Positions 54,238 through 63,635 of a stretch of 64,000 nt of DNA are shown in pieces; the stretch's first letter is position 1; every line of letters begins with the position of its first letter. Both the position numbers and the translations under genes were made by a program. Origin of the DNA: Rhizobiaceae bacterium (lineage in GTDB: Bacteria > Pseudomonadota > Alphaproteobacteria > Rhizobiales > Rhizobiaceae); contig JBAVTG010000216.1 in NCBI GenBank assembly GCA_049696015.1, positions 504-64,503 of the forward strand, in the 5' to 3' direction. The notes under the pieces were generated by a model. That model was not told the DNA's origin. It did no database searches and saw nothing but the letters and a program-made list of their open reading frames with translations.

Positions 54238-55731
54238 ATGCGCGATCTGGTTATCGGCATTGATGCCTCCACCACTGCGGTCAAGGCAATTGCCTTCTCC
54301 CGCACCGGCCAAGCCTTGGCCGAATGCCGCGCCGCCTATCCCATGCACATGCCCCATCCCGGCCATTATGAACAGAACCCGCAGGACTGGTGGCAATCGC
54401 TGTGCGCCGCGCTGAAAGATCTGACCGCCAAGGTCGATCCCGACCGCTTTGCCGCAATCGCCGTAACCCATCAGCGCGAAACATTTGCCCTTCTCGATGA
54501 GGCCGGCAAAGCCGTGCGCCCGGCGATCCTCTGGCTGGATGAGCGCGCTCGGGCACAAGTGGCCGATCTGTCGCGCGCACTTGGGCGCAAACGCATCCGT
54601 GACTGGAGCGGCAAGCCGCCGGACCCCACCCCTGCTCTTTATGCGCTGGCCTGGCTGAGCGAGCACGAGCCTGAAGCCCTTGCCTGCGCTGCCATGGTGG
54701 TCGATGCCGGCGCTTACCTTCATCTGCGTCTCACCGGCAATGCCGTGTCCGCCACGCCAAGCGCTGATCCGCTGGGCATTCTCAATGTGCAATCCAAATC
54801 CTGGCAGCCCGAGCTGGTCGCCGCCGCAGGCCTTGCTCCCGAGCAGCTGCCGCAGCTTGCCGCACCTGCCGCGCTGATCGGCGAAATCACTGCAGAAGCC
54901 GCGCGCCTGACTGGTTTGCCCGAAGGCCTTCCTGTCTATGCCGGCGCGGGCGACGGCCAGTGCAATGCGCTCGGCCTGGGTGCCTGCCGCGAAGGCGTCG
55001 CCTGTTTCTCGCTTGGCTCGGGCGTCGTTTCGGGCATGCACTCTGGCCGCTTTCAATCATCCGATGCTTTCCGCACGCTGATCGCCGCCTCAGGCGAGGG
55101 CTATTTGCTGGAAACAGTTCTGCGTTCCGGCATGCAGCTCGCCGATTGGGTGGTGCGCACCACGGGCGCCCAATCCGCACCGGATCTGGAGCGCGCCGCG
55201 TTTACGGTTCCCGCCGGGTCGGATGGGCTGTTGATGTTGCCCTATTTTGCCGGCGTCATGAGCCCGTTCTGGGATGATGCCGCCCGCGGCGCAGTCATCG
55301 GCCTGTCGCTCAGCCATCAGCCCAAGCACCTGTTCCGCGCCGCTTTGGAAGCCATTTCCTTTGAGCAGTCGCTGGCCAGCGATGCGATGGAAGCGGCCGT
55401 CGGCGTCAAAGCCCATACGCTCATCGCCTCGGGCGGCGGCGCCAATTCGCGCCTGTTGATGACCATCCTTGCCGCCGTGCTGCAGCGGCCCGTTGCCGTC
55501 TCGCCGGTCACGGAAGCGGCAGCTTTGGGCGCGGCCATGCTCGCGGCGACGGGCGCGGGCTGGCACAGCCATGCACATGACGCGTCTGACGCCATGTCGC
55601 CAAAGGCCGGGCAAATTGTCGAACCCGACAGCGCCCTTGCCGCAGCCTATGCGCCGCTCAATGCGCTCTACCGCGATTACTACCGCACCATTCAGCCGCT
55701 GCAGGCGGCCTTGGCAAATGCTCAGCCATGA
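54238..55731 (+). CDS. FGGY-family carbohydrate kinase (xylulokinase-like)
   Basis: LVIGIDASTTAVKAIAF..., HQRETFALLD and GGGANSRLLMTILAAVLQRPV are typical FGGY N- and C-domain motifs. Confidence 0.85.
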   Translation: MRDLVIGIDASTTAVKAIAFSRTGQALAECRAAYPMHMPHPGHYEQNPQDWWQSLCAALKDLTAKVDPDRFAAIAVTHQRETFALLDEAGKAVRPAILWLDERARAQVADLSRALGRKRIRDWSGKPPDPTPALYALAWLSEHEPEALACAAMVVDAGAYLHLRLTGNAVSATPSADPLGILNVQSKSWQPELVAAAGLAPEQLPQLAAPAALIGEITAEAARLTGLPEGLPVYAGAGDGQCNALGLGACREGVACFSLGSGVVSGMHSGRFQSSDAFRTLIAASGEGYLLETVLRSGMQLADWVVRTTGAQSAPDLERAAFTVPAGSDGLLMLPYFAGVMSPFWDDAARGAVIGLSLSHQPKHLFRAALEAISFEQSLASDAMEAAVGVKAHTLIASGGGANSRLLMTILAAVLQRPVAVSPVTEAAALGAAMLAATGAGWHSHAHDASDAMSPKAGQIVEPDSALAAAYAPLNALYRDYYRTIQPLQAALANAQP

Positions 55732-55745
55732 GTGCAGCCGCCGCC

Positions 55746-56717
55746 TCAGTCTTGCAGCAGGCCGCGCGCCCCGTCCTCGTCGGTCACCAGCGTCGTCACC
55801 TTGACAAATTTCAGCGCCGCCCTGAGTGCCGCTGCCTTGTCGCGCCCGCCCGAAACCATAACGATGTTGGTAATGCCCGCAAGGTCGGCGACTGGCAGAG
55901 AACAGACGCGGCGGTTGACTGGATGGTCGACCAGCCTGCCGTCCTTGTCGATGAAGTGGCCGAGAATGTCTCCTACGGCGCCCGCCTCTTCCAACTCGTC
56001 CCATTCATGAGCGCGGATGAAACCAAAATCTGCGATCGGATTGTCACGCGAAAACGAGCCGACCGAAATGATCGCAATCGACGCCCGCCTCGCCCAGTGC
56101 AGCACGTCTCTGATCGAGCGCTGGCTCATGAACATGTCGCGCTGCTCCGGCTCATCGGCAAACACCGGCACGGGAAGCACATAACATTCCGCGTCGAGCC
56201 GGCCTGCCAGCTCCACCGCCGCGCCCGCCGGGTTGAGCGGGGCCAGATGAGTCAGTCCGCCCAGCAGCGACACAACGGCGCTGCGTGGCACCAGGCGCCG
56301 CTCGATCTGCGCAATCGCCGCCTGTATTGTCCGGCCCCAACCGATGCCAATGACATCGCCGGACGTGATGCGCCCGGACAGGTATTCGCCCGCCGCATGG
56401 CCGATCAGCGTCGGCGCCATCCGCCCGTCCGCCGCCCCTGGCACGACAATCGCCTCGCCAAGCCTCAGCCGCTGCGTCAGCTGCGTTTGCAGATTGACGC
56501 ATTCGCCGATCCGGTTGCGGATTTTGAACTGGATGATGCCGTCCTCGCGCGCCGCCGCCAGCACACGGTGCACCTTGACGCGGCCAAGCCCGAGCTTTTC
56601 GGCGATGCGCTCCTGTGTCATCCCCTCGACGTAATAATGCCAGGCCGCCCGCGCCTTGATGTCATCGTCCGTCTCGCTATGGATGTCGTCATCGCTCATG
56701 ATCTGGCCAGAATCCAT
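55746..56717 (-). CDS. SorC/DeoR-type sugar-binding transcriptional regulator
   Basis: AAWHYYVEGMTQERIAEKLGLGRVKVHRVLAAAREDGIIQFKI is the HTH, followed by a sugar-binding domain. Start at 56717 or 56699; the track ORF extends to 56852, which would overlap the divergent gene. Confidence 0.8.
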   Translation of the reverse strand: MDSGQIMSDDDIHSETDDDIKARAAWHYYVEGMTQERIAEKLGLGRVKVHRVLAAAREDGIIQFKIRNRIGECVNLQTQLTQRLRLGEAIVVPGAADGRMAPTLIGHAAGEYLSGRITSGDVIGIGWGRTIQAAIAQIERRLVPRSAVVSLLGGLTHLAPLNPAGAAVELAGRLDAECYVLPVPVFADEPEQRDMFMSQRSIRDVLHWARRASIAIISVGSFSRDNPIADFGFIRAHEWDELEEAGAVGDILGHFIDKDGRLVDHPVNRRVCSLPVADLAGITNIVMVSGGRDKAAALRAALKFVKVTTLVTDEDGARGLLQD

Positions 56718-56845
56718 GCTTGCAAGGGTTTTGCCGCATCTAACGTCAATGACCCGGCGCGGACAATGGGGATGTCCTGCAATCCCCGCTTTCAACAGCC
56801 AAAGGCTGCAGCCATCATCAGCATTACAGGTCTGGGAGGACACAC

Positions 56846-58297
56846 ATGGCACGCATGATCAAACGCAAAGTGACGCTCGGGCTTGTCATTGGCAGCCGCG
56901 CGTTTTTCAACGGCGCCCCTTGCCGCTCCTCACGGGAGGAAACGCTGGCGCAGCTGTCGCAGCTCGGCATTGATGTCATCACCCTGCCCTTCGAAGCCAC
57001 CGTCAATGGCGCGGTGCAGTCCATTGACGACGCCAAACTTTATGCCGCCCATTTTCGTCTTCACCGCGATGCTATTGACGGATTGGTGATCTGCTTGCCG
57101 AACTTCGGCGACGAAATCGCCATTGCCGAGCTGGTCAGCCGCGCCGCGCTGAATGTCCCGATCCTCTTGCAGGCATCCAATGACGAGATCGACAAGGTCG
57201 ATGTCCATTCGCGCCGCGATGCTTTTTGCGGCAAGCTCTCGGTCACCAACAATTTCTACCAATACGGCGTGCCCTACACTGAAACGACCAACCACACTTG
57301 CGACACATCAAGCGAAGAATTCGGCGCGGACCTGTCGCGCTTTGCCGCCGTCTGCCGCACCGTGCGCGGCCTCAAGGGCGCCCGCCTTGGCGCTATCGGC
57401 GCGCGCACCGGCGCGTTCCAGACCATGCGCTATTCGGAAAAATTGCTTCAGGCCGCGGGCGTCACCGTTGTCACGGTCGATCTGTCGGAAATGATCGCCG
57501 CCGCCAGCGCAGTGGCCGACAATGACGGCGACCTTGTCTCCAAACTCGACGCCATCAAGGCCTATGGCCGCATCCCTGCCCACATCAAACCCGAGCAAAT
57601 CGCCCGCCAGGCCAAATGGTCGCTGGCTGTCGACCGCTGGATCGATGTCAACGAATGCGATGCCTCGGCCATACAGTGCTGGCGATCGCTGCAGGATAAT
57701 TTCGGCTGCGCCACGTGCCTCACCATGTCGATGATGGGCGAGGAGTTGATGCCAAGCGCCTGTGAAGTCGATATCATCGGCGCGCTGTCCATGTATGCGC
57801 TGGCGCTCGCTTCCGGCGCGCCGCCTGCGATACTTGACTGGAACAACAATTACGGCCGCAACGAAGACATGTGCGTGTGCACACATTGCGGCAACTTCCC
57901 CAAGAAATTTATCGGCGCTACACCCGAAATCGGCGAATTGGACGTGCTGGGCGAAACCATCGGACGCGAGAAATGCTTCGGCGCCGTCAAGGGCAAGGTC
58001 AAGGCCGGGCCGATGACCTTCTTCCGCCTGTCCACCGATGACCGCGTGGGTACGATTAAAGCCTATCTGGGCCAGGGCGAATTCACTGATGATCCTTTCC
58101 AGATGGACGGCGGCATTGCCGTCACCCGCGTCAAGGACCTGCGCAAACTGATGGCTTATGTGGGCCACAACGGATTTGAGCATCATGTCGCGATGGTGCG
58201 CGGTAACCACGCTGCAATCATCGACGAGGCGCTGAGCCGCTACCTGCGCTGGCCGCTCTACCATCACGGCGGGCGCCGGGACCTTCCGGCTTTCTAG
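56846..58297 (+). CDS. L-fucose/L-arabinose isomerase-family protein
   Basis: 483 aa. The N-terminus KVTLGLVIGSRAFFNGAPCRSSREETLAQL and the overall pattern are typical of the short fucose-isomerase-like family. The gene is divergent from the SorC regulator. Confidence 0.75.
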   Translation: MARMIKRKVTLGLVIGSRAFFNGAPCRSSREETLAQLSQLGIDVITLPFEATVNGAVQSIDDAKLYAAHFRLHRDAIDGLVICLPNFGDEIAIAELVSRAALNVPILLQASNDEIDKVDVHSRRDAFCGKLSVTNNFYQYGVPYTETTNHTCDTSSEEFGADLSRFAAVCRTVRGLKGARLGAIGARTGAFQTMRYSEKLLQAAGVTVVTVDLSEMIAAASAVADNDGDLVSKLDAIKAYGRIPAHIKPEQIARQAKWSLAVDRWIDVNECDASAIQCWRSLQDNFGCATCLTMSMMGEELMPSACEVDIIGALSMYALALASGAPPAILDWNNNYGRNEDMCVCTHCGNFPKKFIGATPEIGELDVLGETIGREKCFGAVKGKVKAGPMTFFRLSTDDRVGTIKAYLGQGEFTDDPFQMDGGIAVTRVKDLRKLMAYVGHNGFEHHVAMVRGNHAAIIDEALSRYLRWPLYHHGGRRDLPAF

Positions 58298-58430
58298 CCG
58301 GCAAGCTTGTGAATGCACCGTTTCAGAGGCGAAATGAAGGTCCAAAACCCCCGTGTTTCCTATGGTTTTGCTAGACAAGTGGCGATTGCGCTGCATTATG
58401 GCGGCGTGATTCGCAGCAAGGGAGATCATA

Positions 58431-58709
58431 ATGACCACAGCCAACGAAATCGCCGACAAACTGGCCTCCGAAAACGGCCTGACCAAAGCCCAGGCTAAAA
58501 CCATTGTTGACGGTGTCTTCAAGGCCATCGCCGATGCCGGCAAGAGCGGCGATGAAGTCAACGTGCCGGGCTTCGGCAAGTTCAAAGTCAAGTCGGCACC
58601 CGCCCGCGAAGGCCGCAATCCGGCCACTGGCGCAACCATCAAGATTGCAGCCTCGCGCAAGATCTCCTTTGCGCCTGCGAAAGCGCTCAAGGATGCGCTG
58701 AACGGCTGA
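58431..58709 (+). CDS. hup: HU-family DNA-binding protein
   Basis: 92 aa with GLTKAQAKTIVDGVFKAIADAGKSGDEVNVPGFGKFKVKSAPAREGRNPATGATIKIAASRKISFAPAKALKDAL, the canonical HU/IHF fold sequence. Confidence 0.9.
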   Translation: MTTANEIADKLASENGLTKAQAKTIVDGVFKAIADAGKSGDEVNVPGFGKFKVKSAPAREGRNPATGATIKIAASRKISFAPAKALKDALNG

Positions 58710-58769
58710 AGCATTTCCAAGTTTGATGGAACATCAAACATTTAAGGAAAATGCGACAAATAGAGACAT

Positions 58770-58814
58770 GAGAGCAAAGAGCGTTTTGATTTTGTCAAAA
58801 CGCTCTTTGCTCTC
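58770..58814 (+). terminator. Rho-independent-type terminator hairpin downstream of hup
   Basis: Perfect 20-bp stem GAGAGCAAAGAGCGTTTTGA / TCAAAACGCTCTTTGCTCTC with a 5-nt loop (TTTTG), 60 nt after the hup stop. The T-tract after it is weak. It sits between convergent genes and may act in both directions. Confidence 0.65.
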
Positions 58815-58974
58815 TTACCTTCCGGCCATTCAAATGATTCAGATTCCCTCTTCACCCCGCCTCCGGCCCATCGGGCCCGATAAAGGTCACCGCTGCGGCT
58901 GTTGCTGAGCGGCACGACATCGTCGCATCCCGTGCATGCGTCGCTTCCAGACCAGCCTGCAGCCGGGCCTTGAC

Positions 58975-59988
58975 TTAGAGCTCCTCCACCAATGCCCTGG
59001 TCAGCGCCATACGCCTCAGGCTCTTGTCAATCAATCCGCCCCATTTAGGCCCCTGCCCGCGCGCTGTTTCAAGCGCATCTTTCAGATCGTCGGGCCGGTC
59101 CTGGCAGAGCGCGTCGATCAGCATCGCCGCTTGCGCCCGGTCCTTGTCGGCCTTCAGCAGGTCCTCGCCGCGCCGCCGCGCCGCCACGATCAACTTGTGC
59201 ACCGCATAGCGCTCAGGCCTTGGAACCTGCACCAAAACGCCGGAGCGATACAGCGCTGCCGCCGGCACCGGTTCGGCAATCAGATAGTTGAGAAAATGCA
59301 GCGACTGCGCCATCACCCCGAGCGCCGTGAGCGGGCGCAAATCCTCGGCCTTGCGGAATGACGGCGTCAAAAACTCGACCAGCGCGCCATCCTTTCGGCT
59401 CCTCCACCGCCAGACCTTGCCGGCTTTCAATCCCGGCACTGGCTCATAGTCAAAGCCCTTCAGCACATCGCTGACTGGCGGCTCTGCGACATCCTCAACC
59501 GCCACTGACAAGTGCTCGAAGCTGGCGATATCCAGATCATTCGTCATCGCCGCATCGTCCAGCGACAGCCGCAGGCCGAGCAACCCCTCATACAGCCGAA
59601 ACGCATGCGTGCCGATCACCGTGCCGCCGAGCCGGAACACCCCTGCCCCGGCGAGCCCGGCATAAAGGCTTCCGGTTGGCGCATCAGTGCTCGCCAACCC
59701 TTCGGCGCGCAAAACCCGCACCAGCCGCGCCCGCGCCGCCTGCCGTTCAGCCGCATCCGCCTTGAGCTTTTCCTGTCCGTCAAGCCGCGCCAGCAATTCC
59801 GGCGTCTCCGGCCCGATATAGGCCCGCTTCACCTGCGCCCCGACGCGGTAGCTGTCATACCAATAGGCCTTGCCCCCGCGCAAAACCCGAACCGCCGCCC
59901 CCCGAACCTCCCCCACCGCCTCATCCTGCAGCATCCGCACCAGATCCAGATAAGCCGACTGCGCAAGGCGGGAGTGACGGGCAAGCAT
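58975..59988 (-). CDS. Nucleotidyltransferase-fold protein (GSU2403-like family)
   Basis: MLARHSRLAQSAYLDLVRMLQDE...GGKAYWYDSYRVG...GGTVIGTHAFRLYEGLLGLRL...MTNDLDIA resembles this family from memory. ATG at complement(59986..59988); the longer track ORF (to 60117) reads through the operator-like repeats. Confidence 0.55.
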   Translation of the reverse strand: MLARHSRLAQSAYLDLVRMLQDEAVGEVRGAAVRVLRGGKAYWYDSYRVGAQVKRAYIGPETPELLARLDGQEKLKADAAERQAARARLVRVLRAEGLASTDAPTGSLYAGLAGAGVFRLGGTVIGTHAFRLYEGLLGLRLSLDDAAMTNDLDIASFEHLSVAVEDVAEPPVSDVLKGFDYEPVPGLKAGKVWRWRSRKDGALVEFLTPSFRKAEDLRPLTALGVMAQSLHFLNYLIAEPVPAAALYRSGVLVQVPRPERYAVHKLIVAARRRGEDLLKADKDRAQAAMLIDALCQDRPDDLKDALETARGQGPKWGGLIDKSLRRMALTRALVEEL

Positions 59989-59993
59989 GGTTG

Positions 59994-60060
59994 TGTTCCA
60001 CAAAGTATAAGCGTGTGGAGCATGAAGCATGTGTTTCGCAAACGCAAGGGGTGTGGAGCA
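59994..60060. repeat. Two tandem copies of a 29-nt imperfect palindrome (TGTTCCACA-N11-TGTGGAGCA) immediately 5' of the NTase gene
   Basis: 59994..60022 is TGTTCCACAAAGTATAAGCGTGTGGAGCA and 60032..60060 is TGTTTCGCAAACGCAAGGGGTGTGGAGCA. Read directly from the sequence. Confidence 0.6.
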
Positions 60061-60279
60061 GGCAGCTTGAAGCAGAACACACTCCGGCCGCACGGCGCCG
60101 TTCAGCATGAACTTCATCTGATGCGTGGGCCAACCCCGTCCTCCGGGACGAGCAAGCGGCGATCAGCGATCGTTGGCGGCGTTTGGACTCCGCATTCGCT
60201 GCCGTTTGTTGATTCGCATCAATACACCCTGCGGCGGCTTGCCATAGGCTGCTGCGAAACTCCGGCATGCGAGGATGAC

Positions 60280-60651
60280 ATGGAAACGAAAAGTCTTGCG
60301 GATGTGATCGAGAAAATCAAAAAAGCCGGTAAGGTTGATGCCGCGCTTTTTGCCGGCGCTGTCGCAGCCATGAAGGCGGCGTTTCCCAACGAGGATTTTG
60401 CCGGCGCCGAACATTTGATTGAGCAGGATCCGACAGAGGCGGTGCTGTCGCTGGTCGAAGAGCATCTGCCCAACTGGACGATATCCCTGAAAGGCAAAGC
60501 CCGGGAAGCCGACGGCGAATGGACCTGCACCTTGCGCCGGTCAAGTTCGCGCGACGATGACGCGGTGATCGGTTTTGGCTCGGGTCCGACGCTCTCGCTG
60601 GCGGTTCTGGCAGCGGTTCTGAAGGCAAGCCAGTTGCGGGCGGAGCCGTAA
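60280..60651 (+). CDS. Hypothetical 123-aa protein
   Basis: METKSLADVIEKIKKAGKVDAALFAGAVAAMKAAFPNEDF... with GAGGA upstream. Only the last third of the 379-aa track ORF is used, because the rest is antisense to the NTase gene. Confidence 0.45.
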   Translation: METKSLADVIEKIKKAGKVDAALFAGAVAAMKAAFPNEDFAGAEHLIEQDPTEAVLSLVEEHLPNWTISLKGKAREADGEWTCTLRRSSSRDDDAVIGFGSGPTLSLAVLAAVLKASQLRAEP

Positions 60652-60774
60652 TCTTTGATTCCGTTTGCAAATTCATCCCGGGGCGAGGCTCTCCTCGTAT
60701 CTTTGAGATGAAGCGCATCAAGGACGCCGATGGAGGCGCGCTACAATGGCTGTGTAATGACAAGAGGTGTTGAT

Positions 60775-63159
60775 ATGGCCACCGAGCATCCCAATCTGGT
60801 CTGGTTCGAAAATATCGGGCGCACTGACGTGGCGCTTGTCGGGGGCAAGAGCGCCTCGCTCGGCGAGATGATCCGCACGCTTGGTCCCAAAGGCATCCGT
60901 GTTCCGCCGGGCTTTGCGACGACGTCGCACGCCTATTGGCGTTTTCTGGACGCAAACAATCTGCGCGCCCGGATGGGTGAAGTCCTGGCGGACTTTGCGG
61001 CCGGAAAACTTTCACTGCCGCAAACGGGCCAGACAATCCGGGCCGGGATTTTGCAAGGCGCGTGGCCAAAAGCCATTGCAGATGAAATCACCGCCGCTTA
61101 CGAGGAACTCGGCCGCCGGGCGGGTTCGGCCAATGTCGATGTCGCCGTGCGTTCCAGCGCCACCGCTGAAGACCTGCCGCAGGCAAGCTTTGCCGGCCAG
61201 CAGGAATCCTACCTCAACATCAGCGGAAATGCGGCATTGCTCGACGCGTGCCGCCAGTGCATGGCCTCGCTGTTTACAGACCGGGCGATTGCCTATCGCG
61301 TCGCGCAGGGCTTTGATCACATGCGCGTGGCGCTGACAGTCGCCGTACAGCGCATGGTCCGCTCCGATCTCGGCGGCGCCGGGGTGATGTTTTCCATCGA
61401 CACCGAGACCGGTTTTGACAAAGTCGTTCTGATCGACGCCGCCTGGGGCCTTGGCGAAAACGTCGTCAAGGGCACGGTCGACCCGGATGAATACCATGTT
61501 TTCAAGCCCAATCTGGCCGATCCGGAGCTGAGCCCCATCATCGAGAAAAAGCTCGGCGCCAAGACGCAAAAGATGATCTACGCGACCGGTGATTCGCCGA
61601 CACAAAATGTTCCTACGTCCAAGGCTGAGCGTGCGGCATTTGTGCTGGGCAATGCGGAGATTTTGCTGCTGGCGCGCTGGGCTGTGACCATCGAGCAGCA
61701 CTATGGCATGCCGATGGACATGGAATGGGGCAAGGACGGCAAGAGCGGCGAAATTTTCATGTTGCAGGCCCGGCCCGAAACCGTGCAGTCCAGGCATGAG
61801 GCCAGCCAGTTCAAATCCTATACAATCAAGAACAAGGGCAAACTGCTCCTGTCAGGCCTTGGCATCGGCGATGCGGTCATTGCCGGCAAGGTTTGCCTGA
61901 TCGAAAACCCGCGTGATATCGCGCGGTTCACCGACGGCTCGATCCTCGTCACCAGCACCACCGATCCCGATTGGGTGCCGATCATGAAGCGCGCCTCGGC
62001 GATCATAACCGACCATGGCGGGCGCACTTCGCACGCCGCCATTGTCAGCCGCGAGCTTGGCCTTTCGGCCATTGTCGGCACCTTGAACGCCACCGAACTG
62101 CTGCACGATCTTCAGGAAGTGACCGTGTCTTGCGCCGAGGGCGACCAGGGTTTTGTTTATGAAGGCGTCGCCCAGTTTGAGGTGCAGACCTTGGACGTGT
62201 CGGCGCTGCCAACAACATCGACTGCCGTGATGCTCAACATGGCAAATCCGGCTGCGGCGTACAGGTGGTGGAAAGTGCCAGCAGACGGTGTCGGCCTTGC
62301 ACGCATGGAATTCGTCATCAACGGCCACATCCGGGTTCATCCCATGGCGCTCGTCCGTTTCGACACGCTGAAAGACGAAGCGGCAAAGCAACAGATCGCG
62401 GAAATCACCAAAGGCTATGACGACAAGAGCGCCTATTTCGTCGACCAGCTGGCATTGGGATTGTCGAGGATTGCGGCTGTGTTTCATCCCAAGCCTGTCA
62501 TCATCCGCATGAGCGATTTCAAGACCAATGAGTATGCCAATCTCATCGGCGGCGCTGCTTTTGAGCCAAGCGAAGAGAACCCGATGATCGGATTCCGCGG
62601 TGCATCACGGTACTATTCACCGCGCTACAAGGAAGGCTTCGCCCTTGAGTGCCGCGCCATCAAGCGCCTGCGTGAAGAGATGGGCTTCAAGAATGTCGTC
62701 GTCATGATCCCCTTCTGCCGCTCGACAATTGAGGCTGACCGTGTTCTGGAGGTCATGGCGGAATGCGGCCTGAAGCGCGGCGAGAACGGCTTGCAGGTCT
62801 ATGTCATGTGCGAAATTCCGTCGAACATCATCCGCGCAGCCGAATTTGCCAAGCGGTTTGACGGCTTCTCCATCGGATCCAATGACCTGACGCAGCTGAC
62901 GCTCGGCGTTGACCGCGATTCCGCCGAGCTTGCCGAATTGTTCGATGAGCAGGACCCGGCCGTCAAATGGATGATCGAGAGTGTCATCACGGCGGCGCAC
63001 AAGGCAGGCGCAAAAGTCGGTATCTGCGGCCAGGCGCCCAGCGATCATCCCGAGTTTGCGGAATTTCTGGTCAAATGCGGCATCGATTCCATCTCGGTCA
63101 GTCCCGACAGTTTTGTAGCGGTCAAGCACAAGGTGGCCGAGGCGGAAACGGCGGCATAG
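60775..63159 (+). CDS. ppsA: Phosphoenolpyruvate synthase
   Basis: LVWFENIGRTDVALVGGKSASLGEMI..., GGRTSHAAIVSRELG (phospho-His loop) and a C-terminal PEP-utilising TIM-barrel motif (GFSIGSNDLTQLTLGVDRD). 794 aa from the ATG at 60775, close to the E. coli PpsA length. Confidence 0.9.
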   Translation: MATEHPNLVWFENIGRTDVALVGGKSASLGEMIRTLGPKGIRVPPGFATTSHAYWRFLDANNLRARMGEVLADFAAGKLSLPQTGQTIRAGILQGAWPKAIADEITAAYEELGRRAGSANVDVAVRSSATAEDLPQASFAGQQESYLNISGNAALLDACRQCMASLFTDRAIAYRVAQGFDHMRVALTVAVQRMVRSDLGGAGVMFSIDTETGFDKVVLIDAAWGLGENVVKGTVDPDEYHVFKPNLADPELSPIIEKKLGAKTQKMIYATGDSPTQNVPTSKAERAAFVLGNAEILLLARWAVTIEQHYGMPMDMEWGKDGKSGEIFMLQARPETVQSRHEASQFKSYTIKNKGKLLLSGLGIGDAVIAGKVCLIENPRDIARFTDGSILVTSTTDPDWVPIMKRASAIITDHGGRTSHAAIVSRELGLSAIVGTLNATELLHDLQEVTVSCAEGDQGFVYEGVAQFEVQTLDVSALPTTSTAVMLNMANPAAAYRWWKVPADGVGLARMEFVINGHIRVHPMALVRFDTLKDEAAKQQIAEITKGYDDKSAYFVDQLALGLSRIAAVFHPKPVIIRMSDFKTNEYANLIGGAAFEPSEENPMIGFRGASRYYSPRYKEGFALECRAIKRLREEMGFKNVVVMIPFCRSTIEADRVLEVMAECGLKRGENGLQVYVMCEIPSNIIRAAEFAKRFDGFSIGSNDLTQLTLGVDRDSAELAELFDEQDPAVKWMIESVITAAHKAGAKVGICGQAPSDHPEFAEFLVKCGIDSISVSPDSFVAVKHKVAEAETAA

Positions 63160-63348
63160 CGGCGGACGCCGTGCTTTGCGCGCTCTCCGTTCGATCTTGA
63201 TTCAACTGATCAGGCTGTAGGAGGGCGTCTGCTGTCAAACCCGAAAGCCGCCGCCCCTCGATTTCCCGCCGCCGCATCCCGCGGCACACGCAAAAGAAAT
63301 TGAAATCAGCCGGCTCCGCAATGCCGGAGCAACGGGAGAACTTGGACA

Positions 63349-63377
63349 TGTTCCACAAACGCTGGGGGTGTGGAGCA
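63349..63377. repeat. Third copy of the 29-nt palindrome (TGTTCCACAAACGCTGGGGGTGTGGAGCA)
   Basis: 25 of 29 identical to the copy at 60032..60060, in the same orientation. It lies 190 bp downstream of the ppsA stop. Confidence 0.6.
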
Positions 63378-63635
63378 GAACGCTGCAGACTGAGCCACGC
63401 CGCTGCCGCCCGGCATTACTGGTCAAAAGCCGGGGTGTTGACGTGCCGGATATGATCGATATTCGTCAGATCCCAGCGCCGGCAGGGTGAAGAGCGGTCC
63501 GGCGCAGCCGGACGAAACGACCCGGCGAGTCGCTTCGCGTGATGAACGCGCGCAGCCATGCGGAGCGCCGGTGGCCGTCAGCGCCGCGCCCTGTTCGGCA
63601 ATCAGCTGGTCAAGTTCAATGGCCGAGGCCGGCGC

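Noticed and set aside
55728-56858. 376-aa plus-strand ORF covering the SorC regulator region
   Set aside because: It is antisense to a clear SorC-type HTH plus sugar-binding protein, and its translation is Arg-rich with no recognisable domain.
59512-60279. First two-thirds of the 379-aa plus-strand ORF 59512..60651
   Set aside because: It is antisense to the NTase-fold gene and reads through the operator repeats. Only the last 123 codons, which have their own ATG and RBS, look like a gene.
63122-63358. 78-aa minus-strand ORF downstream of ppsA
   Set aside because: It overlaps the ppsA 3' end and begins inside the third palindrome copy. Only its first codons resemble the NTase gene start. 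I interpret it as a decayed duplicate rather than a gene.
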